The notes under the pieces were generated by a model that saw only the letters and a program-made list of their open reading frames with translations, searched no databases and had not been told where the DNA came from. Below are positions 8,897 to 16,101 of a stretch of DNA of 32,000 bases, one piece after another. The stretch comes from an uncultured Opitutales bacterium (GTDB lineage Bacteria; Verrucomicrobiota; Verrucomicrobiia; Opitutales; UBA9783): positions 120,001 to 152,000 of the forward strand of contig CAKUSQ010000001.1 in the NCBI GenBank assembly GCA_934691225.1. The letters run 5' to 3'. Positions within the stretch are counted from its first letter, which is position 1, and each line of letters opens with the position of its first letter. The translations under genes and the position numbers were made by a program.

Positions 8897-9805
8897 TTAC
8901 TTTTCCTCAACAACTTCTGTGTTTGGCTTAACAGCTGCAGTTTCCGCCGTTACCTCTGATTTTTCTACAGATTCCTTAGCCACAGGTGCTTTAGCGACTT
9001 TATCTTTTTTCTCTCCATGCAGCCTTTTTGACTTTGTATCTGTATGCTTTCGCAAACCGCCTTTAGCTTTAGCAGCTTTGACAACACCAGCTGAAATATC
9101 CTTATGACTGGCTTTATTCAACTTATACAATTCAACTCCCTGCATGATAACATCTTGCAAATATTCGAAAATAATTCTCAAAGATTTTATAGAATCATCA
9201 TTCGCTGGAATTGGAAAATCTAACACGGTTGGATCAGAATTTGTATCCACAATCCCAATAGTTGGAATTTGTAAACGACGCGCTTCACGAACGGCAATTG
9301 CTTCATGCGCTGAATCAACAACAAATAAAATATCAGGCCGCTTTTCTAACGTACGAATACCTTCAAAACCACGATGCATACGAACCATTTCTCTGCGAAT
9401 AGCAGCACTTTCTTTTTTCGGCAACTTATTCAACTCACCTGATTCTTCCATATCTAAGAAGCGTTGATACTTTGCCAAGCTCGTTTTTACCGTCTCAAAG
9501 TTTGTTAAACAACCACCTAACCAGCGATTGGCGCAAAATGGCATTTCAACCGCTTGTCCTAAATCACGAATTAATGCTTGAGCCTGAGGTTTGGTTCCTA
9601 CTAATAAAACTCTAGAACCGCTTTTAATTTTTTCGATTAAAAATTCAGCTGCCTTTTCTAAACATTCGCATGTACGTTCCAAATCAATAATGGAAACCCC
9701 ATGTATATGACGATACAAATAAGGTCCAAATTTCGGATTCCAACGTTTTATCTGGTGCCCAAAATGAACACCTGACTCTATCATACTTTCGTAATCTAAT
9801 TTCAT
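8897..9805 (-). CDS. rpsB: 30S ribosomal protein S2 with a ~70-aa Lys/Ala/Glu-rich C-terminal extension
   Basis: GVHFGHQIKRWNPKF, LLVGTKPQAQ, RWLGGCLTNF, PDILFVVD and IPTIGIVDTNSDP motifs. A GGAG SD lies about 8 nt upstream of the ATG. The tail from about aa 231 is KAAKAKGG...KKDKVAKAPVAKE. Confidence 0.95.
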   Translation of the reverse strand: MKLDYESMIESGVHFGHQIKRWNPKFGPYLYRHIHGVSIIDLERTCECLEKAAEFLIEKIKSGSRVLLVGTKPQAQALIRDLGQAVEMPFCANRWLGGCLTNFETVKTSLAKYQRFLDMEESGELNKLPKKESAAIRREMVRMHRGFEGIRTLEKRPDILFVVDSAHEAIAVREARRLQIPTIGIVDTNSDPTVLDFPIPANDDSIKSLRIIFEYLQDVIMQGVELYKLNKASHKDISAGVVKAAKAKGGLRKHTDTKSKRLHGEKKDKVAKAPVAKESVEKSEVTAETAAVKPNTEVVEEK

Positions 9806-9931
9806 AATTTTTTCTCCGTATTCCTTTATAGAATCTAGGATAAATGGTTAAGGGTTAATTTCGAACATAAGTAAAAACCATTTTAAAACAAATAGCAAGC
9901 AAAACTGTAAAATATTAACACAAAACTTTTT

Positions 9932-10270
9932 TCAAAAATTGACGCGCTTATCTTTGGCACCCAAAACCTCATGGTTACCATTTTTAAAACGAATCACATA
10001 CTCACTTGTCCGTAAAAAACCTGCTTGCTCATGCGCCACATGTTCTCTAAATACAGGATCTGTCATCAATTTTTTTATAAAATACCTTTTAGCCATTACC
10101 TCTAACTTTAAATCGTTAATCGAAGTCTCGTACTGAATGCGTTTTAATGCTAAAGCTTTATAATGCATATAAGATGCATAAAAACGTTTTCCCCAAAAAT
10201 TATAAATTCCCAGCAATAATCCTAAAAAAAAGGTTATGTAAATCACTATTTTTTGTCTGAAAAACCCCAT
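9932..10270 (-). CDS. Septum formation initiator family protein (FtsB/DivIC-like)
   Basis: 112 aa. One N-terminal TM (IVIYITFFLGLLLGIY), a coiled-coil segment, then DPVFREHVAHEQAGFLRTSEYVIRF, which resembles the DPxYIExxAREQLGxxxxGExV FtsB/DivIC C-terminal pattern. Confidence 0.5.
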   Translation of the reverse strand: MGFFRQKIVIYITFFLGLLLGIYNFWGKRFYASYMHYKALALKRIQYETSINDLKLEVMAKRYFIKKLMTDPVFREHVAHEQAGFLRTSEYVIRFKNGNHEVLGAKDKRVNF

Positions 10271-10357
10271 TGTTTTTAAAAAAATTCAATTCCATTGTTA
10301 GTTTTTCATTGCCAAACACAAAAGTCAAAGCTAAAGTAGAATTAAAGGCTTTGCTTT

Positions 10358-11176
10358 ATGTATCAACAATTCTTTGGTTTTTCTGAGGATCCTTTTAACA
10401 TTACACCCGATCCTAAATTTTTATTTCTCAGCGACGAACATAACGCCGCACTCACGTTATTGCGTTATGGGCTCGAACAATCTAAAGGATTTATGGTAAT
10501 TACTGGCGAAGTTGGCTGCGGTAAAACCTTACTTTGCCGATCGCTTTTACAAAGCTTAGACGAAAGCGTTTTTGAAACAGCTTGGCTATACTCCTCTAAT
10601 ATCACACCTGAACAACTTATCCGAAGTATTTTAAAAGAGATCGGGATGCCAACGACTCGATTACCTGAAACAGACCACCTGGAAGTTCTTAACGACTATC
10701 TATTATCAAAAATTAGCCGGGGGAAAGAAATTTTACTCATCATTGATGAAGCTCAAAACTTATCTTACGAGCTGCTTGAAGCCATTCGTTTGTTATCCAA
10801 TCTAGAAACAGATCAGCGCAAACTACTGCAAATTTTATTGGTTGGACAACCTGAATTAAAGGCCAAATTAAACCAACCTCAATTGCGTCAATTAAAACAA
10901 AGAATCTTAATTTATTATGAATTGCACCCATTGACTAAAAAAACAACGCAACAATACATAAATCATCGCCTCAACCTCGTTTGTCAACAACCTGGACTTC
11001 CTAAAATTTCATACAGTGCTTTCAAACGAATTTATAAATATTCTCAAGGTATACCTCGAATTATTAATAATGTTTGCGATAAATCATTGATTTCAGCTTA
11101 TACACGTTTATCTCAAAAAGTTGAAGCTAAAGATGTACAAAAAGCTATCAAAGACATTGAAAGGATATCTTTATGA
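10358..11176 (+). CDS. gspA: GspA/ExeA-like AAA ATPase (short, cytoplasmic-only form)
   Basis: ExeA-type N-terminus FFGFSEDPFNITPDPKFLFLSDEHNAALTLLRYGL. Walker A GEVGCGKT and Walker B LLIIDEAQNL. LVGQPEL and the C-terminal GIPRIINNVCD are typical of the ExeA/MshM family. At 272 aa it lacks the TM and peptidoglycan-binding C-terminal half of Aeromonas ExeA. Confidence 0.8.
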   Translation: MYQQFFGFSEDPFNITPDPKFLFLSDEHNAALTLLRYGLEQSKGFMVITGEVGCGKTLLCRSLLQSLDESVFETAWLYSSNITPEQLIRSILKEIGMPTTRLPETDHLEVLNDYLLSKISRGKEILLIIDEAQNLSYELLEAIRLLSNLETDQRKLLQILLVGQPELKAKLNQPQLRQLKQRILIYYELHPLTKKTTQQYINHRLNLVCQQPGLPKISYSAFKRIYKYSQGIPRIINNVCDKSLISAYTRLSQKVEAKDVQKAIKDIERISL

Positions 11177-12204
11177 GCCGACTTTTAAAAAAGATTCAAG
11201 CCACTCAACAACAGGCTGCTCAGCGCATCATACTATGTCAACGCCCACAACTTTTAAAAAAACGTATGCATGCACGATACGCTAAAACAATTTTCATTTA
11301 TGCCAGTGCTCTATTTTTAGGTAGTTTACTTGCTTTTTCATTTCTAAAGAATCATACGACCTCAATTCAAAACACACCTTTATCAGAAATTTCACATTCT
11401 ACTGATGAAATTGAAACCGTTGCAAAAACCAATTATTCTCCTTTACCAACCATTTCTATAGAACCTCTTACTTGGACTGATAATCCACATAACTTTAATG
11501 ATGAAACATGTGTTGCACAAATACCTTTACGACCAGTTACAAAATCCTCGATAGCAGAAACCGTAAAACCTTCTCTAGAAGATCAGAATATCACTTCAAA
11601 TCAACTTTCAGAAACAGTTGATAATTCGGATAATCCAATACTTACACCACAACAGGCATTGCCTTTATCTTCCAATAAAAATGATATTGTCACAGTCACT
11701 CTTAATAAAAACAATGACACAACTGCCCAAACAACACACGAAATTTTTAACAAAATTTCTACTGAAAAATCAGCCACACAGTTCCTACCAAAAATCGATC
11801 ATCAACAATTTCCAATTCATCTAATTTCAAAAAATTTGAAACCTCTCTGGCAGTTAATTTATAATGAAATCTCGTGTAAACATCAACAAATAACTCAGTT
11901 GATTACCGCTATCAATAATAACCTTCAAATGCCATCCGATGATCCTACCACCAACACACGTTTAACATTGAAACAACAAACACACCTCAATGCTATCTAT
12001 CATTTCCTTAAAAAGTTTCGCATCGATGGTGTACGCATCAATGGGACTCAGTCTCGCATACAAGCTAATGGTTACGCTTATCATGTAAATACGCTCGTAT
12101 CTCACAGACCTTTTTTAAAATTAACCGGAATCACCAATAACGAAATTATCTTTAAAGATGAATACAACCAAGAATACAGAAAAGAAATCTCGCAAAACAA
12201 CTAA
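11173..12204 (+). CDS. Bitopic membrane protein with a GspB-like C-terminal domain (paralog 1)
   Basis: ATGA overlap with the upstream ATPase gene. Basic N-tail, one TM (IFIYASALFLGSLLAFSFL), a long Q/N/T/S/P-rich linker, and the C-terminal FRIDGVRINGTQSRIQANGYAYHVNTLVSHRPFLKLTGITNNEIIFKD. That C-terminus fits the GspB/ExeB C-terminal pattern (hxhxGhxxxxxxxxxhhNGxxYxxGDxh...hxxIxxxxhhh). Confidence 0.55.
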   Translation: MSRLLKKIQATQQQAAQRIILCQRPQLLKKRMHARYAKTIFIYASALFLGSLLAFSFLKNHTTSIQNTPLSEISHSTDEIETVAKTNYSPLPTISIEPLTWTDNPHNFNDETCVAQIPLRPVTKSSIAETVKPSLEDQNITSNQLSETVDNSDNPILTPQQALPLSSNKNDIVTVTLNKNNDTTAQTTHEIFNKISTEKSATQFLPKIDHQQFPIHLISKNLKPLWQLIYNEISCKHQQITQLITAINNNLQMPSDDPTTNTRLTLKQQTHLNAIYHFLKKFRIDGVRINGTQSRIQANGYAYHVNTLVSHRPFLKLTGITNNEIIFKDEYNQEYRKEISQNN

Positions 12205-12832
12205 AGCGAACGTCATAAAAATCTATCCTCCTGTTGATTGTATGGATGCTTGGGCACCTTCATCGTCCACATTCATTGAAAATAAAAATCAAAGATACTC
12301 TTTTAAATACGCTGTTGTTTGCGTAGCTGTTGGATTTGGTATTTACTGGGGTTACGCTAATTATTTACAACATCAAGCAACTCCTAACGAATCAAACAAT
12401 TCCAAATATCTTCTTAACAATCTAAATAAACCACAACAACCGCATCAATTGGTTCAGCTAGAAAACGATTATATTCGTGATAATTTGGATACAGCCGAAG
12501 AAAATTTTATAGAAAACCAAATAGGTCAAGAATTTTCTAAACGCGATAATATCTTGTTTCAAGATAATACCCCTACCCTTCAATCTGAACATTCACCTTT
12601 TCAAAACAACAAAATCCATAAAAGTAATATTCAACAATGGCTCATTCAGCAACATATTCAGGGAGTAGCCTATAAAGATTTCGAAAGTTGTTTAATTTTT
12701 AACGAAAAAATTTTTCACCTTAACGATACGGTTTCTGCAGAACACAGCCTTGTTTGGAGCGATATTGACCCAATCGATAAAACATTATTTTTCTCAGATA
12801 ACGACGGAAATCTTTACACACTCAATTACTAA
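12158..12832 (+). CDS. Bitopic membrane protein with a GspB-like C-terminal domain (paralog 2)
   Basis: Same architecture as the preceding ORF: Lys-rich N-tail, TM (YAVVCVAVGFGIYWGY), N/Q-rich linker. Its C-terminal HIQGVAYKDFESCLIFNEKIFHLNDTVSAEHSLVWSDI aligns without gaps to paralog 1. The start is uncertain: ATG 12158 overlaps the upstream ORF by 47 nt, and ATG 12242 is the alternative. Confidence 0.5.
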   Translation: MNTTKNTEKKSRKTTKANVIKIYPPVDCMDAWAPSSSTFIENKNQRYSFKYAVVCVAVGFGIYWGYANYLQHQATPNESNNSKYLLNNLNKPQQPHQLVQLENDYIRDNLDTAEENFIENQIGQEFSKRDNILFQDNTPTLQSEHSPFQNNKIHKSNIQQWLIQQHIQGVAYKDFESCLIFNEKIFHLNDTVSAEHSLVWSDIDPIDKTLFFSDNDGNLYTLNY

Positions 12833-12868
12833 CTTGACTACAACAGTACCTATGCTAGGCTTAGCATT

Positions 12869-13282
12869 ATGAATAAATTATGCCTATCTGTTGTGTGTTT
12901 ATTACCGCTCACAGGTTGCACAAAAACAGAATCTGGATTAGCAGGCTGTGGCGTTGGAGGCGCTCTAGGTACTGGAATTGGTTATGCTATTGATGGAGGT
13001 GCTGGAGGCGCTATTGCAGGAGGTTTAATGGGTACCATCGTAGGAGGAGCTATTGGCAGTGCGACACATCGTGACGATACAACACCTTCTACCTCCCAGA
13101 CAACGACTTCGCATCAAAAAATTTCAGAAGTACAATACACTTTTGAAAAAGAAAAACTTGAGCTTCAAAAACAAGAACTTGAGAGAAAACGTATCGAATT
13201 AGAAAAAAAACGCATTGAACTTGAAGTTCAAAAACTTGAAAAAGAACGTATTGAACTTGAAAAACAAAAAGAAAGTTTATAA
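12869..13282 (+). CDS. Lipoprotein with a glycine-zipper domain and a C-terminal E/K heptad coiled coil
   Basis: Signal peptide with lipobox LPLTGC. Glycine zipper GCGVGGALGTGIGYAIDGGAGGAIAGGLMGTIVGGAIGS (SlyB / 17-kDa-antigen type). Thr/Ser linker. C-terminal KEKLELQKQELERKRIELEKKRIELEVQKLEKERIELEKQKESL. Confidence 0.75.
   Translation: MNKLCLSVVCLLPLTGCTKTESGLAGCGVGGALGTGIGYAIDGGAGGAIAGGLMGTIVGGAIGSATHRDDTTPSTSQTTTSHQKISEVQYTFEKEKLELQKQELERKRIELEKKRIELEVQKLEKERIELEKQKESL
13145..13279 (+). repeat. Imperfect in-frame tandem repeats encoding (K/E)RIELE heptads
   Basis: aaacgtatcgaattagaa / aaacgcattgaacttgaa / gaacgtattgaacttgaa recur within about 130 nt and encode about six heptads. Confidence 0.7.
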
Positions 13283-13365
13283 AAACAAAAAAGTTAAGAT
13301 ACTTTTAACTTACAACTTTGTTATTGACTTATCTTTTAATTCATGCTTTATAAAATAGTATCCTT

Positions 13366-13453
13366 GGAAGGATGGCAGAGTGGACGATTGCGACGGTCTT
13401 GAAAACCGTTAAACCGAAAGGTTTCGAGGGTTCGAATCCCCCTCCTTCCGCCA
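13366..13453 (+). tRNA. tRNA-Ser (anticodon UGA), class II with long variable arm, CCA encoded
   Basis: Hand-folded. Acceptor GGAAGGA/TCCTTCC. Anticodon stem ACGGT/ACCGT with loop CTTGAAA. Variable arm AAACC-GAAA-GGTTT. T-arm GAGGG-TTCGAAT-CCCCC (one A-C mismatch). 3' GCCA. Close in layout to E. coli tRNA-Ser(UGA). Confidence 0.9.
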
Positions 13454-13500
13454 AAAAATTATAAATACTTTCCTGAAAAAATATTAAGTTGTACTAATTT

Positions 13501-14520
13501 TTAAAAATCATCTGCTTTTTCCTTATTGGGTTGTGCACACAATTTAGGAAAAGCATTTCCATCAAAAACATGATCTGGATTTTTTAAAAAGAAACGATCA
13601 CAACATTTCCAAAATTCACCTAACGTCTTTGATAACCGCATTTGTGATAAAAAAATGCCATCAGCATCTACTCCCAAACCAATATAATTAGCAAAACGTT
13701 TCAAACATCCTAAAGCAGCTGTTTCAGGTTTCTTATCCAATGCAAAACTATAGAATAAATCCTGAAAATAACAATAAACATCCTTCCATGTAGGAAATTT
13801 TACAGGTTGATGTTTACATAAACAACGCCACTGTTCAAAAATCCATGGATTTCTCAATACACAACGTCCAAGCATCACACCTGCACACCGCGTCAATTTA
13901 AACACACGCAAGATATCCTCTAAACTATCGATGCTCCCATTAGCAAAAACAGGGAAAGGACAACGTTCAACCGCCTTTTTTACAAATTCATAACGCGGTG
14001 GAGCCTTATAAAGATCCATAACCGTTCTAGCATGCAAAGTTACAACATCCACACCTGCTTCAATTAAAATATCCAAAATTTCATCAAAATGATCTGTAGC
14101 ATCAAAACCTATCCTAAATTTAACACTGAGCGGTTTCTGACAAACATCTCGAAGTCCAAACACCAAATCTCTTAACAGTGCTAGATCTTTTAATAAACCA
14201 CCCCCCGCTTGCTTTTTAAAAATTTTAGGGACTGGACAACCTACATTGAAATCAATTCCTGCGATCGGATACCGTTCCAAAACGTTCACACTTTTTGCCA
14301 AAGCAGATATATCATTTCCCATAAGTTGAACCCACAAAGGGGTTGCCCCAGCTGCTTGCAAGCTTGTTTCAATCCAACTAGGATCGATAACATAGTTCTC
14401 ATGGACACGAACAAATTCACTAAAAAAGGCATCTGGAGGCCCATACGTATTTAAAATTTGCCAAAAAGGCGGCTGAGTTAAAGCGCGCATCGGCGCTAAA
14501 ACTATTTTCATAGGAAGCAT
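13501..14520 (-). CDS. tRNA-dihydrouridine synthase (Dus family)
   Basis: 339 aa. LAPMRALTQPPF (LAPMxxxTxxPFR type), IDFNVGCPVPKI with the catalytic Cys, TLHARTV, and FANGSI motifs of the Dus TIM-barrel flavoenzymes. Confidence 0.85.
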   Translation of the reverse strand: MLPMKIVLAPMRALTQPPFWQILNTYGPPDAFFSEFVRVHENYVIDPSWIETSLQAAGATPLWVQLMGNDISALAKSVNVLERYPIAGIDFNVGCPVPKIFKKQAGGGLLKDLALLRDLVFGLRDVCQKPLSVKFRIGFDATDHFDEILDILIEAGVDVVTLHARTVMDLYKAPPRYEFVKKAVERCPFPVFANGSIDSLEDILRVFKLTRCAGVMLGRCVLRNPWIFEQWRCLCKHQPVKFPTWKDVYCYFQDLFYSFALDKKPETAALGCLKRFANYIGLGVDADGIFLSQMRLSKTLGEFWKCCDRFFLKNPDHVFDGNAFPKLCAQPNKEKADDF

Positions 14521-14522
14521 TA

Positions 14523-14966
14523 TTAACTATCCAATTTACTTAAATTATTCAGCAAATCTTCCGCATTAGGCAAACGATTGAGCAAACAAGGATCAACAAA
14601 AATCTGCTTTTTCATCGTCAAAGCCAACATAATAGCATCACTCGGACGAACATCCACTTCTAAAAGATTGTATTTTCCATCCTGCTCCTGCATACAAATC
14701 ACTCGAGCAAAAAATACACCCTCTGACTCATTATAAATGGTTATAGACCGAACTTGTATAGAAAAACTTAAAAGAATATAACGAATAAAATCGAATGTCA
14801 AAGGCCGCGCCTGTTTTTCATCTTCGAGAGCCGTTTGAATTTGCTCACCCATCAACGTATCAACGTAAATGACAAATGTTTTTAGAGAATTTCCTAAAAA
14901 GATGCCCGCCCCTGCAGAGGTCATCACAACACGTTTCAAATCTACTGTTTCCAGTGAACATTTCAT
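14523..14966 (-). CDS. Bifunctional nuclease (BFN/DUF151) family protein
   Basis: The pattern FARVICMQEQDGKYNLLEVDVRPSDAIMLALTMKKQIFV matches the conserved xDARPSDAIALAxRxxxPIxV core. I prefer ATG 14966, which gives an ATGA overlap with the rodZ stop, over the track's TTG at 14981. Confidence 0.7.
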   Translation of the reverse strand: MKCSLETVDLKRVVMTSAGAGIFLGNSLKTFVIYVDTLMGEQIQTALEDEKQARPLTFDFIRYILLSFSIQVRSITIYNESEGVFFARVICMQEQDGKYNLLEVDVRPSDAIMLALTMKKQIFVDPCLLNRLPNAEDLLNNLSKLDS

Positions 14967-15718
14967 TGTAATCTTATCCAACCACGACCTGATTTTTGAG
15001 GACGAATAGAAGTTCCATTCGAACGCTCAATTAACAAATTATTTCCCTCAGAAAAAGATATCTGCAAAACATCTTCCTTCGCCATAGAACGACGTTCACC
15101 TTTATTCAAAGTCCCTACAAACAAACGACGTTTATTGCTTTCTTGGCGAACAAAAACCTGAACCGTATCCAAAGCAACCAAAGTTATTTCCTCATAAACA
15201 TTATCGGCAGAATCCTCAAACATTTTTTCTGACGACATCACAGAAACGTTTTCAGAAGCTATTTTTTCCTTCTTCGGCCAAAAAATTGAAACTAGCCCGA
15301 ATATTAATAATAAACCACACAATCCAAGCAGCAATTTAAAATACACAAACTGCCATACAGGTTTTACAAATTTTGCTGAACTTTCACCGCCATCCATTTC
15401 GGTAATCTCTGGTTCAACCGCATCATGTTTTAATTCTGAGGATTCAATCTGTAAACGACCTAATGTAAAAGGCTTTGGGTTATCTCCTACCAATTCAGAA
15501 TACTCTGCTAAAAGAGAAGACTCATTCAACTTTAAAAATTTGACGTATGTTCTGAAAAAGCCACGCGCATAAACCATTGGCAAATTTGTAGCAAATTCAT
15601 TAGATTCAAATTTTAAAAGTAAAGCTTTACGAATCTTCAATTTTTCTGCCACTTCATCCAGCGACAAACCTAAACGCTGACGAGCTTGTTGTAAACGTTC
15701 TCCAATTGTTTGTTGCAT
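14963..15718 (-). CDS. rodZ: Cytoskeleton protein RodZ (HTH + TM + DUF4115)
   Basis: N-terminal HTH IGERLQQARQRLGLSLDEVAEKLKIRKALLLKFESNEF followed by YARGFFRTYVKFL. Single TM (LLLGLCGLLLIFGLVSIF). C-terminal beta-rich domain of the RodZ_C type. Confidence 0.75.
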   Translation of the reverse strand: MQQTIGERLQQARQRLGLSLDEVAEKLKIRKALLLKFESNEFATNLPMVYARGFFRTYVKFLKLNESSLLAEYSELVGDNPKPFTLGRLQIESSELKHDAVEPEITEMDGGESSAKFVKPVWQFVYFKLLLGLCGLLLIFGLVSIFWPKKEKIASENVSVMSSEKMFEDSADNVYEEITLVALDTVQVFVRQESNKRRLFVGTLNKGERRSMAKEDVLQISFSEGNNLLIERSNGTSIRPQKSGRGWIRLQ

Positions 15719-15822
15719 GTAGAAAAAGATAATTTCTTATAAAAAAACTGCAAGCTATTTATGTATACTTTTAAAAAAACTTTCATGATATCCCACTTTC
15801 TGATGTTTTTACAAAAAAATGC

Positions 15823-15851
15823 TTGACCCTTACAACAATGGGTTCAATACT
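15823..15851 (+). promoter_or_regulatory. Putative sigma-70 promoter of rpsU
   Basis: TTGACC (15823-15828), 17-nt spacer, AATACT (15846-15851). Downstream, an AGGAGA SD lies 9 nt before ATG 15886. Confidence 0.4.
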
Positions 15852-15885
15852 TAATATATTATTAATTACTAGGAGAAAATAAGAG

Positions 15886-16086
15886 ATGTCCGTTGAAGTT
15901 AAATTGCGCAAAACAGAACCTTTAGAAAAAGCTTTACGTCGGTTAAAGAAAAAATTGGATCGTGAAGGTATTTTACGCGATGTTAAAGCCAAACGTTATT
16001 TTGAAAAACCTTGCGAAACAAGACGTCAAAAAGAAAAAGTCGCAGCATTTAACAATATGTTGCGCCAAAAGCACGAATGTGCTTAA
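15886..16086 (+). CDS. rpsU: 30S ribosomal protein S21
   Basis: 66 aa. EKALRRLKKKLDREGILRDVKAKRYFEKPCETRRQKEK matches the S21 consensus. Strong SD. Confidence 0.92.
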   Translation: MSVEVKLRKTEPLEKALRRLKKKLDREGILRDVKAKRYFEKPCETRRQKEKVAAFNNMLRQKHECA

Positions 16087-16101
16087 TAAATTCGCCCTAT
16101 A

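Noticed and set aside
8826-9107. 93-aa plus-strand ORF ([18 protein letters not shown]...).
   Set aside because: It lies entirely antisense to the tsf start and the K/A/E-rich tail of rpsB. Its Ala/Ser/Thr-rich low-complexity sequence is what the reverse complement of that tail would produce. It has no independent signals.
12158-12204. 47-nt overlap between the two GspB-like ORFs, considered as a possible programmed frameshift or a split gene.
   Set aside because: Each ORF has its own complete N-tail, TM and C-terminal domain. There is no slippery heptamer at the junction. Alternative start ATG 12242 removes the overlap entirely.
13291-13311. 7-bp hairpin AAGTTAA/TTAACTT after the lipoprotein gene.
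   Set aside because: It has only one G-C pair and no trailing T-tract, so it is not convincing as a terminator.
15783-15992. 69-aa minus-strand ORF overlapping the rpsU start.
   Set aside because: It overlaps the strongly supported S21 gene and its SD and promoter. The sequence is low-complexity and matches no known family.
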